A model generated the notes under the pieces. The model had not been told where the DNA came from. It saw nothing but the letters and a program-made list of their open reading frames with translations, and searched no databases. From Capsulimonadaceae bacterium (lineage in GTDB: Bacteria > Armatimonadota > Armatimonadia > Armatimonadales > Capsulimonadaceae): a stretch of 64,000 nt of DNA. Shown here piece by piece: positions 9,750 to 19,770 of this stretch (its first letter is position 1; every line of letters begins with the position of its first letter). A program made the translations under genes and the position numbers. Where the stretch lies: assembly GCA_965215505.1 (NCBI GenBank), contig OZ244065.1, forward strand, positions 5,120,001 to 5,184,000, given 5' to 3'.

Positions 9750-10424
9750 TTAGCCTTTCTCCATGGCGGCCCGGACGCGGCGGATGTAGTTCTGTGTCTC
9801 GGTGAACGGCGGCACGCCGCCGTACCTGTGGACATTGCCCGGCCCGGCGTTGTAGCCGGCCAGGGCCAGGTCGAGGTTGCCCTTGTACTGCGCCATTAGG
9901 CCCGCGAGCTGCCTGGTGCCCGCCGCGATGTTCTGCTCCGGGTCGAATGGGTCGGCGATGCCGGCCTCCTTGACGTTCGCGGGCATGAGCTGCATCAGCC
10001 CCATCGCACCCGCCCGCGAGACGCAGCGCGGGTTGCCGTCCGACTCGGTCTTGATGACGGCGCGGACCAGGGCCGGAGCCAGCCCGTTCTGGGCGGCATA
10101 CTTCTGGACGAGGGCGTCCACGTCCGCCGCGCCCGCCGAGGCGACGCGCGGCAGGGGGAGGACGTCCGGGGCACCCGGCGTGACGGGCATGGGCGGGAGC
10201 GGGCCGAGCGAGGCGGGCGGCGCGGGGACGGGCGAGCCGCCGGGCAGAGCCGTCGGGCCGGTGACCGGCGGCACCGAGGCCTGCGCCGCCGTCAGCGCCC
10301 TCGCGAATGTGGGCGTCGCCTCCGGGGCTGCGGCGGGCGCGGCGGGGGGCGGGCCGCTGAGGGCGGCGATGCGGCCCTCGATGTCGCTGATCCGGGCGCT
10401 GATGCGGCTGATCTCATCCATCAT
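9750..10424 (-). CDS. Lytic transglycosylase (SLT domain), flagellum-associated
   Basis: VIKTESDGNP, AGAMGLMQLMP and ALAGYNAGPG motifs; start MMDEISRISARI just after the fliJ stop. Confidence 0.9.
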   Translation of the reverse strand: MMDEISRISARISDIEGRIAALSGPPPAAPAAAPEATPTFARALTAAQASVPPVTGPTALPGGSPVPAPPASLGPLPPMPVTPGAPDVLPLPRVASAGAADVDALVQKYAAQNGLAPALVRAVIKTESDGNPRCVSRAGAMGLMQLMPANVKEAGIADPFDPEQNIAAGTRQLAGLMAQYKGNLDLALAGYNAGPGNVHRYGGVPPFTETQNYIRRVRAAMEKG

Positions 10425-10432
10425 GATCTCTG

Positions 10433-10891
10433 CTAACTCCCTTCCGACGCGCGCTGCTGGAAGTTGAAGCGCGTCGTCGCCAGCTCGTCCATCACGCCCT
10501 GCTCGGCCCGCAGGGCGGTGACTTGGTGCGCCTGATGGTGCCGGTCCCGGACGGTCACGAGTGCCTGTTTGTCCCGCGCGGTGCCGACCATGTGCAGTTT
10601 GTGCGCCTCGCGCGAGGTCACCAGCTCGCGCAGGTAGCCTTCCTGTTCCGTGATGGACTGCGTGATGACCTGCATGTAGTCCTGATAGAGCTTCGTCTCG
10701 AATGCGTCGAATGCGCCTTCCCTTCTGCGGCACAGCTCTTCCAGCAGCGCCCCGCGCACCTCGCGCATCTCCCCCAGCAGCCGCTCGGCGCGGGCCACGG
10801 CGGCCTGCGCCTGGGCGAAGGTTTGCTGCGCCTGGGTTTCGCGGCGCTCCCGCTGCTCCAGCACCGACTGTAAACGGAACTTAAACTTCAT
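10433..10891 (-). CDS. fliJ: Flagellar export protein FliJ
   Basis: [12 protein letters not shown]...EQGVMDELA; follows fliI. Confidence 0.9.
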   Translation of the reverse strand: MKFKFRLQSVLEQRERRETQAQQTFAQAQAAVARAERLLGEMREVRGALLEELCRRREGAFDAFETKLYQDYMQVITQSITEQEGYLRELVTSREAHKLHMVGTARDKQALVTVRDRHHQAHQVTALRAEQGVMDELATTRFNFQQRASEGS

Positions 10892-12215
10892 CGGCAAAAA
10901 TTCCCTCTAAGGCCTCGACCGTCGTGTCCATGGTGGACTGCTCATGCACCCCCTGCCGCAGAAACGCTCGCGCCGGCTCGATCAGCCGGCGGGCGGCGTC
11001 AATGCGCGGGTTACTGCCTTCGGAATACGCGCCGATGTTGATCAGGTCCTCGGCTTCTTTGAAGGTCGCCAGAGTCTCGCGCAGGCGCGTAGCGGACGCC
11101 CGCTGGTCCGGCGATGTCACCTGGGACATGACGCGGGACACGCTGCGCCCCACCTCGATGGCCGGATAGTGCCCCCGCGCGGCAAGGTCCCGCGAGAGCC
11201 AGATGTGGCCGTCCAGGATGCCCCGGACCGCGTCCGCGATCGGCTCGTTCTCGTCGTCGCCTTCCACCAGGACGGTGTACAGGGCGGTGATCGTCCCCCT
11301 GTCACTTGTCCCCGACCGCTCCAGAATCTTTGGCAGCAGGGCGAAGACGCTGGGCGGGTAGCCGCGCGTCGCGGGCGGCTCGCCGACGGCAAGCCCGACC
11401 TCGCGCTGGGCCATCGCCAGACGCGTCACCGAGTCCATCATCAGCAGGACGTCCCGGCCCTGGTCCCGGAAATACTCGGCTATGGCCGTGGCGACCAAAG
11501 GTGCTTTCAGGCGCACCAGCGGGGGCCGGTCGCCGGTCGCGATGACGAGGACCGAGCGGCGCAGGCCCTCTTCCCCTAGGTCGCTCTCGATGAACTCCAG
11601 GACCTCCCGCCCGCGCTCGCCGACCAGGCAGATGACATTGACGTCCGCCGTGGTGTTGCGGGCGATCATGCCCAGGACCGTACTTTTGCCCACGCCCGAC
11701 CCGGCGAAGATGCCCATGCGCTGGCCCTTGCCCATCGTCAGCAGCCCGTCAATCGCCCGGATGCCCAGGCCGACCGGCTCAGAGATCCGCCGCCGCGTCA
11801 GGGCGTCGGGCGGCGCGGCGAAGATCGGGTACTGCTTCGCCCCAGGCCCGTGCAGCGCGCCCTTGCCATCGGCGGGCTGGCCCAGGCCGTCCAGGACGCG
11901 CCCCAGCAGGAAGTCGCCCACCGTAACCTGCTGCATGTTGCCGGTCGCGACCACCTCGGAGCCGGGCTTGATGCCGGCCATCTCGCCCAGCGGCATCAGC
12001 AGCAGGCGGTTAGCCTTGAACCCGACCACCTCCGCCTTCACGGTCGGCGCGTTGCGCCCGCCGTGCCGGATCTCGCACAGCTCGCCGATCTGCGCGGCTG
12101 GCCCGATGCTCTCCACGACCAGGCCGATGACCTGCGTGACCAGCCCGTTGGCCCGGACGGTATCCAGCCGGGTGACGATGGCCCGGTACTTGGCGAGGTC
12201 AATGGGGGCAGTCAT
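10881..12215 (-). CDS. fliI: Flagellar export ATPase FliI
   Basis: [11 protein letters not shown] Walker [28 protein letters not shown]. Start 12215 (ATG) or 12224 (GTG). Confidence 0.95.
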   Translation of the reverse strand: MTAPIDLAKYRAIVTRLDTVRANGLVTQVIGLVVESIGPAAQIGELCEIRHGGRNAPTVKAEVVGFKANRLLLMPLGEMAGIKPGSEVVATGNMQQVTVGDFLLGRVLDGLGQPADGKGALHGPGAKQYPIFAAPPDALTRRRISEPVGLGIRAIDGLLTMGKGQRMGIFAGSGVGKSTVLGMIARNTTADVNVICLVGERGREVLEFIESDLGEEGLRRSVLVIATGDRPPLVRLKAPLVATAIAEYFRDQGRDVLLMMDSVTRLAMAQREVGLAVGEPPATRGYPPSVFALLPKILERSGTSDRGTITALYTVLVEGDDENEPIADAVRGILDGHIWLSRDLAARGHYPAIEVGRSVSRVMSQVTSPDQRASATRLRETLATFKEAEDLINIGAYSEGSNPRIDAARRLIEPARAFLRQGVHEQSTMDTTVEALEGIFADEV

Positions 12216-12216
12216 C

Positions 12217-12954
12217 TCATCCACTCTCCACCACCCCCAGCGCCCGTGCCACTTCCGATAACTGCGTCTCGATCTTGGCGTCAATCGTGCCAGCGTTCGT
12301 CTCGATCACGCACCCGCCGTCACCCACCCGGCGGTCGTCTACGATCTCCAGATGCCGCAGCCCGTCCATCAGCTCCATCAGGTCCTGACGCATCTCCTTG
12401 ACGCGCGGGGCGTCGCCGACCGAGACGCGGACCCGGACGTTGTCTTTGTCCGTGATGCGCCGGACGGCGTTCGCGATGAGGGCGCGGACGACTTCGGGGT
12501 TCTGCGTCACCTCAGTCTTGATTACCTGGCGGGCGATGTCCAGGGCCAGGGCCACCATCTCCGTCTCCTGCCTCGCCCACAGCGCCTCGCGGGCGACCGC
12601 GATCTGCGTCGCCATGCCGTCCATCTCGGCCCGCAGCGCCTCACGGCGAGCGTCCCAGGCGGCCTGCATCTCCGCCTCTACCGAGTCGCGCGCCTCCGTC
12701 CGGCCCTGGAAGTGGCCCTCTTGCCAGGCCGCCTCGCGCAGAGCTTCCGCCTGGGTCCGGGCGTCCTCCAGCATCTCATCGGCCTCGGCACGGGCCTGTG
12801 CCAGCACTGCCTCCGCCTCGGCCTGGAGCGCGCCCAGATCCGGGGCGGTGGGCGTGGGGTCACTCACATCGGACAGCCGCAGCCGGACGGGCGGCTCGGC
12901 CAGCGGCTCCAGCGTCTGTAACCAGGACGTGGCGATTGCCGTAGGAGCAGCCAT
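12217..12954 (-). CDS. fliH: Flagellar assembly protein FliH
   Basis: AxxEGxxxG repeats, [20 protein letters not shown]; lies between fliG and fliI. Confidence 0.9.
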   Translation of the reverse strand: MAAPTAIATSWLQTLEPLAEPPVRLRLSDVSDPTPTAPDLGALQAEAEAVLAQARAEADEMLEDARTQAEALREAAWQEGHFQGRTEARDSVEAEMQAAWDARREALRAEMDGMATQIAVAREALWARQETEMVALALDIARQVIKTEVTQNPEVVRALIANAVRRITDKDNVRVRVSVGDAPRVKEMRQDLMELMDGLRHLEIVDDRRVGDGGCVIETNAGTIDAKIETQLSEVARALGVVESG

Positions 12955-12955
12955 G

Positions 12956-13969
12956 TTAGGCGATCATCTCCTCGCCGCCGCCGCGCGCGACGATGATCTC
13001 GCCGGCCTCTTCCAGCTTGCGGATGACGCCCACGATGCGCTGCTGGCTCTCCTCGACGGACTTGAGGCGCACCGGCCCCATGAACTCCATTTCTTCCTTC
13101 ATCATCGCCGCCGCCCGCTCGGACATGTTCTTAAAGATACGCACCTGCGTGTTCTCGCCGACCCCCTTGAGCGCGACGGCCAGCTCCTTGGTATCCACCT
13201 CTTTGAGTACCATCTGGATCGCCCGGTCGTCGAGCATGATGATGTCCTCGAAGACGAACATGTTTTTCTTGACCTCGTCGGCGATCTCCGGGTTGCTCTC
13301 CGACAGCGATTCGAGGATCGTCTTCTCGGTCGAGCGGTCCACATAGTTGAGGACTTCGACCAGGGCCTTGACGCCGCCCGCGTGGCTGAAGTCGGTGGAG
13401 ACGACCGAGGACAGCTTTTTCTGGAGTACGTTTTCCACCTCCCGGATGACCTCGGGCGGGGTCTTGTCCAGCGTCGCCATCCGGCGCGCGACCTCGGCCC
13501 GCAGGTCCTGCGGCAGCCCGGACAGGATGGCGGCGGCCTGGGGGGCCTGCAAGTAGGCGATGATCAGGGCGACGGTCTGCGGGTGTTCGTTCTGGATGAA
13601 CGTGGTGATCTGGGAGGCGTCCGCTTTCTTCAGGAAGTCGAACGGCATCACCTGGAGGGCCTGCATGACGCGGCCCACGATCAGGGCGGCCTTCTCCTCG
13701 CCGAAGGCGCTCATCAGCATCTCGCGGGCGGCGTCCATGCCGCCCTCGGCGATGAACTCCTGCGCGACGCACAGCTCGTGGAACTCCTCGACGACGGTCT
13801 CGCGCAGGGCCGAGGGGACGCGCCCCATGCGGGCGACCTCAACGCTGAGGACCTCGATCTCGTCCTGCGTCATGTGCTGGAAGATCTGGCTGGCCGTCTC
13901 GGGGCCGAGCGCGACCAGCAGGATGGCGGCTTTTTTGCGGTTGGTGAGCGGCTGCGGGCGTATCGCCAT
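12956..13969 (-). CDS. fliG: Flagellar motor switch protein FliG
   Basis: KAAILLVALG, EHPQT, GGVK, MFVFED, NMSERAA motifs. Confidence 0.97.
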   Translation of the reverse strand: MAIRPQPLTNRKKAAILLVALGPETASQIFQHMTQDEIEVLSVEVARMGRVPSALRETVVEEFHELCVAQEFIAEGGMDAAREMLMSAFGEEKAALIVGRVMQALQVMPFDFLKKADASQITTFIQNEHPQTVALIIAYLQAPQAAAILSGLPQDLRAEVARRMATLDKTPPEVIREVENVLQKKLSSVVSTDFSHAGGVKALVEVLNYVDRSTEKTILESLSESNPEIADEVKKNMFVFEDIIMLDDRAIQMVLKEVDTKELAVALKGVGENTQVRIFKNMSERAAAMMKEEMEFMGPVRLKSVEESQQRIVGVIRKLEEAGEIIVARGGGEEMIA

Positions 13970-14008
13970 GGTGCTTGCTTTCCTAAACTTGCTTCCCCAA
14001 AACTATCG

Positions 14009-15736
14009 TCAGGAGACCTTCACGTCGTCGGCCATCCAGCCCTTGAGCAGCAGGGAGACGCTCTCGGGGTGGGCATTGATCATGGTGCGGATGCTCTCCA
14101 TCTTGAGGTCCTGCTGCTCCTCGATGGACGGCACCCTCGCGCGGCGGCGCGGGCGGCCTTCGGGGTCCGGCATCTCGGCCAGCACGTCCTCGACGGTCAG
14201 CGGGCGCTCCTCCAGCACATGCTCCATGCCGCGCTCGGTCCCGCGGATGCCGCCCGCCGCGTCCAGGATGGCGGCCATCTCGGCGTCCGGCGTCGGCTCC
14301 AGGAGACCGATGTTCGCCCCGCCGCCGGCCAGGGCGAGCTGCGGGCCGTCGGCGCGTCGGCCCGAGGAGCGGGTCAGGAGGATCAGCATGACGATGGCGA
14401 CCGCGCAGACGGCGAGGGTGCGGGCGATGGTGATCATGAGCGCCTGCGAGGCCAGAGCCTGCGCCTGGGCGGCCTGTGCCTTCTGCGAACTCATGTCGAA
14501 GGCGATCTGGCTGACGGTGACGAGCCGGGTTGTGTCGCCGGGGAACGCGCCGACGGCGGCGGCGATGGAGGTCTTCAGCGTGGCGACGGTTTCGGCGGGG
14601 ACGCTGGTGTCCACGAGTGCGGCGACGGAGAGCTTCTTGAGGTCGCCCGGCGCGACCTGGGTCTGGGTGTCGGTGACGTCGTTCTCGTAGTTGGTGACGG
14701 TGTCGCCCGTCGAGTACTTGCCGCCGCCCCCCGCGCCGCCCCCGGTCTGGTAGGACGGGACGTTCAGGTTGGCCGCCGCCCCGGCGACCCCGCCCGCCAT
14801 GGGAGCGCCCGCGCCGGCTCCCGAGTAACTCTCCTGCTTGTCGCGGACGCTGACCGGCAGGCCCGTCCGCAGGCCCGGCGCGGGCGTATGCAGGACCGAG
14901 TGCCGCGTGACCACGTCCTGACTGAGTTCGGCGTTGACGGTGACGACGGCCTTGCCGCGCCCGACCGTCTGGTCGAGCAGGTTCTGGACGATCTTGCGCT
15001 TGTCCTCGCTGTACTTGTCGTTCTCGGCCATCAGGGTGCCGTCCGTCCCAGACCCACCTGCGCCGTTGTCCTTCCACAATGGGACGCCGGTCTGATCGGT
15101 CAGCGACACCTGCGCCGTGGTCAGCTTGGGGACGGCGTGGGCAATCAGGTTGACGATGCCTTTGACCTGGCTGCCGCTCAGGCTCTCGCCCTGCTTCAAG
15201 GTCAGGATGACGCTGGCGGAGGGCGGCGTCTCGTCGCCGACGAACGACGAATCGCTGGGTATCCCCAGCAGGACGGCGGCGGACTGCACCTGGTCCAGCC
15301 CCATCAGCTTGCGGGCCAATTCGCCCTCCGCCTGACTGAGCAGCCGCCGACGCTCGACCTCCGGCGTGGTGCCGATGGAAATCTTGTCAATATCGCCCAG
15401 GCCGTCTATGACCGCCTCTTTGGACAGGATGCCCGCCGCCGCGATGTACATGGAGGCACTGCTCTCGTCCTTGGCGGGGACGCTGACCGTACCGTCCTTG
15501 TCATCGAACTTCATCGCGATAGACTTCTCGCGCAGGACGGCCTCGATGGCCGAGGCGTCCTTGCCGCTGACGCCGTGATAGATCGCGTGGTAGTCCGGGC
15601 TGGCCGCGAGCGAGGCGGCGACGGCCAGGCCGGCCACCATCAGCAACACCAGCCCCGTCGCCATGGCCCGCGTGGCGGGCGTCGCCCCCTGCCACCAGGC
15701 GCGCAATGATTCTCCCCAACTGGATGCGATTGCCAA
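14009..15736 (-). CDS. fliF: Flagellar M-ring protein FliF
   Basis: Two TMs, AEGELAR, PSASVILTL, NLIAHAVPKL, LKKLSVAALVD; lies between fliE and fliG. Confidence 0.92.
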   Translation of the reverse strand: MAIASSWGESLRAWWQGATPATRAMATGLVLLMVAGLAVAASLAASPDYHAIYHGVSGKDASAIEAVLREKSIAMKFDDKDGTVSVPAKDESSASMYIAAAGILSKEAVIDGLGDIDKISIGTTPEVERRRLLSQAEGELARKLMGLDQVQSAAVLLGIPSDSSFVGDETPPSASVILTLKQGESLSGSQVKGIVNLIAHAVPKLTTAQVSLTDQTGVPLWKDNGAGGSGTDGTLMAENDKYSEDKRKIVQNLLDQTVGRGKAVVTVNAELSQDVVTRHSVLHTPAPGLRTGLPVSVRDKQESYSGAGAGAPMAGGVAGAAANLNVPSYQTGGGAGGGGKYSTGDTVTNYENDVTDTQTQVAPGDLKKLSVAALVDTSVPAETVATLKTSIAAAVGAFPGDTTRLVTVSQIAFDMSSQKAQAAQAQALASQALMITIARTLAVCAVAIVMLILLTRSSGRRADGPQLALAGGGANIGLLEPTPDAEMAAILDAAGGIRGTERGMEHVLEERPLTVEDVLAEMPDPEGRPRRRARVPSIEEQQDLKMESIRTMINAHPESVSLLLKGWMADDVKVS

Positions 15737-15782
15737 CAGACCTTGCTCCCCCGCCCCCGACTCCTACAGCGACCGTCCCGAC

Positions 15783-16103
15783 TTACAGGCTGATCCGCAT
15801 GATCTCCTGGTAAGCGTCCACCGCCTTGTTGCGGATCTGGGTCGTGAGCTGCAAGGCCATCGTCGCCTGCTCCGAGGCGATCATGACGCTGTGAACGTCG
15901 CTGATCTGGCCCCGCGCGAACGCCTGGGTCATGGACGCCGAGTGGTCCTGGAGGGCGCTGACCTGGCCCAAGGCGCTTTGCAGCATCTGGCCGAAGGACG
16001 CCCCGCCGGGCGTCGCGGCGTCCGGCCCGGTCAGGCCGCCTGCCGCGTCAAGGAGGCCGGTGGGCGAGGGGAGGGGGGAAGAGGGCAGTGCGAACAGGTT
16101 CAT
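15783..16103 (-). CDS. fliE: Flagellar hook-basal body protein FliE
   Basis: DVHSVMIA...IRNKAVDAYQEIMRI. Confidence 0.95.
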   Translation of the reverse strand: MNLFALPSSPLPSPTGLLDAAGGLTGPDAATPGGASFGQMLQSALGQVSALQDHSASMTQAFARGQISDVHSVMIASEQATMALQLTTQIRNKAVDAYQEIMRISL

Positions 16104-16322
16104 GGGATGCTCCTAAAATGATGTCTGGAATAACGGCGTTTGGAAGAATGCCGCCCGTCCTTGGGCACGGTCCTCAGCGGGACATGCGGATTGTTCCACA
16201 CCCCCTCGCCGTTTTCATAGCATTTTTCACGGGCCGCTGTCGACACGGAAACGCCCCACGTTCCACTGCTGGAGCGCGGGGCGCGATGTCCTCACGACAT
16301 GTCTTCACGACGACAACCGAGT

Positions 16323-16559
16323 CTATCGCGGGCTGTCGCCCCAAATGATGTTGTGCGGGCGTACCCCATTCTTGGGCGCGTGTCCCTGTCCGGCGGAGGC
16401 ACTGCGCGCGCCGGAAGAGATCTCGACTGTGGCCGCCGGCCCGTGGTTCACTCCGAGTTTCCCGGACAGCGCGTAGCCCGCGCCGGGCGTGGTATTCGAA
16501 TTGCGTGCCGCATTGGCCGCAGCGGAGGTCGGGAGGACGGACGGAATGATAACGCTCAT
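16323..16559 (-). CDS. Small hypothetical protein within the flagellar cluster
   Basis: 78-aa ORF with AGGAGA RBS and an upstream GCCGATAC element. Confidence 0.55.
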   Translation of the reverse strand: MSVIIPSVLPTSAAANAARNSNTTPGAGYALSGKLGVNHGPAATVEISSGARSASAGQGHAPKNGVRPHNIIWGDSPR

Positions 16560-16634
16560 ATTCTTCTCCTGGGTTTGCCCCGGCGGGAACAGGTGCCGGG
16601 CGGCATCCTTCCTTGATTATGATGCCTGGCCTTA

Positions 16635-16642
16635 GTATCGGC
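16635..16642 (-). promoter_or_regulatory. Putative sigma28 -10 element
   Basis: GCCGATAC, 7/8 match to the FliA consensus. Confidence 0.5.
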
Positions 16643-16752
16643 AGACAGGGCGCGAAAATGGAGACACACCAAGAGGCGCGGGGGATGAGGTAGACTGTGG
16701 ACGATCGGTTCGACAGCGTCTCAAAGTGGCTGGGAGAATAGCACGAGCAGCA

Positions 16753-16894
16753 CGAGTGATTGAAATCACTCGCTGACACCGGACCTGTCCAGGGGACAGA
16801 GGAACGGAAGGCATGACTGACTTCTCTCCACAATCCGTCCCCTCCCTTGTCCCCTGGACAAATCTGAACCGAAGCGAGTGATTTCAATCACTTG
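16753..16894. repeat. REPIN-like inverted-repeat element
   Basis: Arms CGAGTGATTGAAATCACTCGCT...TGTCCAGGGGACA and TGTCCCCTGGACA...AGCGAGTGATTTCAATCACTTG. Confidence 0.75.
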
Positions 16895-16944
16895 TCCGTC
16901 ACCCGCGTTCTCTGCCGAATGCCATTAATAACAAGGAGACGAAA

Positions 16945-17199
16945 ATGCACCTGATCTGGATGTGGCCAACCGTTGTGGCCGTCGTTTTCACCGTCTGGGC
17001 CTGCGTCAATGTCCTGACGGGGCGGGTCGCCCGCGACCACCGCCTTTCTCACCTCGCCTATGTGCCGCTGCTCTGGCTCGGCTGCCTCAGCTTCGTGCCC
17101 ACCGGCCCACTGCTGCCATCGCTGCTGTTGGTCGCGGCGCTGCCCTGCGGGTGGATTATCACCACGGATTATTTGCGGATGCAGAAGGCAAAGAAATAG
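16945..17199 (+). CDS. Small membrane protein (about 3 TM)
   Basis: 84 aa, AAGGAG RBS, hydrophobic segments, followed by a hairpin. Confidence 0.65.
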   Translation: MHLIWMWPTVVAVVFTVWACVNVLTGRVARDHRLSHLAYVPLLWLGCLSFVPTGPLLPSLLLVAALPCGWIITTDYLRMQKAKK

Positions 17200-17232
17200 C
17201 CCCGGCGCTGTGAGCGCCGGGGCCGTCTTTCT
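17199..17232. terminator. Hairpin terminator between convergent genes
   Basis: gccccggcgc-tgtga-gcgccggggc followed by a T-rich stretch. Confidence 0.7.
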
Positions 17233-17253
17233 TCTCCCGCTAAACCCGGTGGC

Positions 17254-17703
17254 CTATGCCCGCCCGATCTCCATGGCTTTCATCGCCATGCCCTTGACCG
17301 CCCCGACGGCGGCGACGTTCGCCTCATAAGCCCGCGTCGCACCCATCATGTCCACCATCTCGGTCACGGTATCCACGTTCGGCAGATTGACGTAGCCCTG
17401 CTTGTCGGCGTCCGGGTGGCCAGGCTGGTAGACGCGCTTGAACGGGCGCATGTCCGGGACGATCCCCGACACCTGCACGCCGCCCCGCGCGGCCCCATCC
17501 CCGTCGTCGCCGGACAGGCCCGCCAGCGTCTCGCCGAAGCTCGCCGTAGCCGGGGCCAGGGAAACCTGCTCGCGCCGGAACGGCCCGCCGCCGGGCGTGC
17601 GCGTCGTGTTGACGTTCGCCAGGTTGTTGGCGACGACGTCCATCCGCAGCCGCTCCGCCGTCATGCCCGAGGCGCTGATCGCCAGCGTGTCCATGAATCC
17701 CAT
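17254..17703 (-). CDS. flgC: Flagellar basal-body rod protein FlgC
   Basis: ISASGMTAERLRMDVVANNLANVNTT, PGHPDAD, EMVDMMGATRAYEAN. Confidence 0.96.
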   Translation of the reverse strand: MGFMDTLAISASGMTAERLRMDVVANNLANVNTTRTPGGGPFRREQVSLAPATASFGETLAGLSGDDGDGAARGGVQVSGIVPDMRPFKRVYQPGHPDADKQGYVNLPNVDTVTEMVDMMGATRAYEANVAAVGAVKGMAMKAMEIGRA

Positions 17704-17706
17704 CGG

Positions 17707-18111
17707 TTAGCGTCCTCCCGCGATCACATACTTCATGCCCGAGAACTGCCCGTTCATAAGCTGCGCCGCCCCCTGATAATAGATCTCGGCGGCGGCCATC
17801 CGGCTGGTTTCGGCGTCTATGTCCACGTTGTTGCCGTCGGGCCTCATTGAGCCGGAGCGCTGGGTGACGAGGGCGGGCGAGCCGTTCCCCCTGCCGCCGT
17901 CATCGTCGAGCGTCAGGTGGCGCGGGTCGGGCGCGGCCTGGGCCAGCGTGTCCCCCTGCGCCTCCGCCGACTGAAGGAGGGCGGCGAAGGTGGCGTCCTG
18001 GCGCTTGAAGCCGGGCGTGTTGACGTTGGAGATGTTGTTGGAGATGGCTTGAATGCGCGCCGAGCCTAAATCGAGGGCCTGCGACAGCGCGGTAAAAGTG
18101 CTGGTATCCAT
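17707..18111 (-). CDS. flgB: Flagellar basal-body rod protein FlgB
   Basis: ISNNISNVNTPGFK, DGNNVDIDAE. Confidence 0.95.
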   Translation of the reverse strand: MDTSTFTALSQALDLGSARIQAISNNISNVNTPGFKRQDATFAALLQSAEAQGDTLAQAAPDPRHLTLDDDGGRGNGSPALVTQRSGSMRPDGNNVDIDAETSRMAAAEIYYQGAAQLMNGQFSGMKYVIAGGR

Positions 18112-18118
18112 GCCGCCA

Positions 18119-18126
18119 TTATCGGC
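18119..18126 (-). promoter_or_regulatory. sigma28 -10 element directly upstream of flgB
   Basis: Perfect GCCGATAA, 7 nt before the ATG. Confidence 0.6.
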
Positions 18127-18245
18127 AGAGTGTCGGAGGAACTGGAGGGTGCTGGGAAAATAATTTTGCCGTCCGATTCTGGATGAGCCAGGGCGGGAGG
18201 AGGGCGGCCAGGGCGGGAGGAGGGCGGCCGAATGTTTGGACGGGT

Positions 18246-18271
18246 GTAGGGGCGAACCTTGTGTTCGCCCT
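18246..18271. repeat. GTAG-family REP
   Basis: GTAGGGGCGAACCTTGTGTTCGCCCT; identical copy at 63656. Confidence 0.85.
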
Positions 18272-18281
18272 ATCCCAGCGT

Positions 18282-19043
18282 TCAGGCGGGCGTGATCATC
18301 GCGCGCGGGCGCGAGTCTACCATTTCCAGCGCGCGCTCCTCCCCGACAAGGGCGGCTGCCGCCTCGCGGGCCTCCGAAAGCAGGGCGCAGGAGCGGTCGT
18401 GGAGGTCGTGGGTGTCCGAGGCGATCACGAGGGGCCAGTCGGCGGCGCGGGCGAGGATGGCGCGGGCCGTCTCCAGCGCGCGCGGCCCGAAGCGGCCCAG
18501 GAGGCTGCCGCTGGTGATCTGGAAGGCTAGACCCAGATCGGCGCAGGCTTCGACGAAGGCGAGGCTCTGCTGGATCGCGGCGCAGCGCTCCGGGTGGGCA
18601 AGGACGATCTTGAACCCGGCCTCCGTCACTTTCCGCAGGCTCTCCAGGCCGCCCGCCGGGATGCGGTCGAAGGGAGGCTCGATCAGCGCCCAGCGTCCCG
18701 CATCGCCCAATGTCCCGGCCTCGCCGTTCACCAGGTCGTCGGCGACGCGCGGGGCCATCTTGATCTCGACGCCGGGCACGACGCGCAGGGGGATGCGGGC
18801 GCGGTTCAGCGAGTCCTGCAAGCTCGCGACATGCTCCCGCACGGCCTCGGGCCGGGCGGGCTGGCGCAGGAACCAGCCCCGGTGGGGCGTCGCGACCATC
18901 GTGTCTGTGCCCGTCGCGACCGCCTGCCGCGCCATCTCCAGGGCCTCGGCCACGCTGCGCGCGCCGTCGTCCACGGAGGGCAGGATGTGGTTGTGGATGT
19001 CAACGAACAGGGCTATCGCTCCAGAGTCACTATTCCAAGGCAA
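18282..19043 (-). CDS. CpsB/CapC-family (PHP) protein-tyrosine phosphatase
   Basis: DIHNHILPSVDDG, ATPH, LAHPER, ASDTH motifs. Confidence 0.9.
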   Translation of the reverse strand: MPWNSDSGAIALFVDIHNHILPSVDDGARSVAEALEMARQAVATGTDTMVATPHRGWFLRQPARPEAVREHVASLQDSLNRARIPLRVVPGVEIKMAPRVADDLVNGEAGTLGDAGRWALIEPPFDRIPAGGLESLRKVTEAGFKIVLAHPERCAAIQQSLAFVEACADLGLAFQITSGSLLGRFGPRALETARAILARAADWPLVIASDTHDLHDRSCALLSEAREAAAALVGEERALEMVDSRPRAMITPA

Positions 19044-19764
19044 AAAGTATTTGCGAAACCATCACCATCGCCGCCGTCTCAGTCCGCAGGATGCGCGCCC
19101 CGAGCGAGATGGGTCTGACCCCGGCCCGACGCGCCGCCTTGACCTCCCCGTCCGTCAGCCCCGACTCGGGGCCGATGATGACCAGCAGGCGGGCGGGGGG
19201 GGTGGGGGAGGCCGCCAATGCTGCCTTCAAGGTCGTCTCCCGCTCCCCTTCATAGGCCAGCAGGACCAGATCGAAATCGCCCGCTGCTATCACATCGGCA
19301 AATCCGCCCTCTATACGCAGGGTGGGAAGAACGGCCCGGTGCGCCTGCTCCGCCGCCGTCTTGGTGATCGCAAGCCAGCGCCCCTCCCGTTTCGCGTGCC
19401 GCTCACCCTCCAGGTGGGTCAGACTGCGCTCACTCGCAAAGGCCCAGAAGCCGCTCGCCCCGATCTCCGTCCCACGCTGAAGCACCTGCTCCATCTTGTC
19501 CGTGACTTTAGGCAAAGCCTGCGCGACGGTGATCTTGGTCGCCGGCTCGGTGGGCGGCGAGAACGGCTCGCCAAGCCGCGCCACCGCCTTGGTCTTACCC
19601 ATTTCCAGCAATGTCGCCGGCCACTCGCGCCCCGAGTTGTCCAGCACGGCGATCTTCTGGCCCGGCTGTGCGTGGAGGACAACGCGCAGGTGGTGCGCGT
19701 CGTCGGCATCCAGGGTAACGAGGCCGCTCGCGAATTGGTCGGGGCGGACGAAGAAGTGGGTCAT
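19030..19764 (-). CDS. rsmE: 16S rRNA m3U1498 methyltransferase RsmE
   Basis: HHLRVVL, AAEQAHR, IIGPESGL, SLGARILRTETA. Confidence 0.95.
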   Translation of the reverse strand: MTHFFVRPDQFASGLVTLDADDAHHLRVVLHAQPGQKIAVLDNSGREWPATLLEMGKTKAVARLGEPFSPPTEPATKITVAQALPKVTDKMEQVLQRGTEIGASGFWAFASERSLTHLEGERHAKREGRWLAITKTAAEQAHRAVLPTLRIEGGFADVIAAGDFDLVLLAYEGERETTLKAALAASPTPPARLLVIIGPESGLTDGEVKAARRAGVRPISLGARILRTETAAMVMVSQILFALE

Positions 19765-19770
19765 AATGCT

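Noticed and set aside
10812-12284. Non-flagellar type III secretion system
   Set aside because: The ATPase lies among fliG, fliE, flgB and flgC, which is a flagellar context.
12398-15709. 1103-aa plus-strand ORF
   Set aside because: Antisense shadow of fliH/fliG/fliF in high-GC DNA; no motifs.
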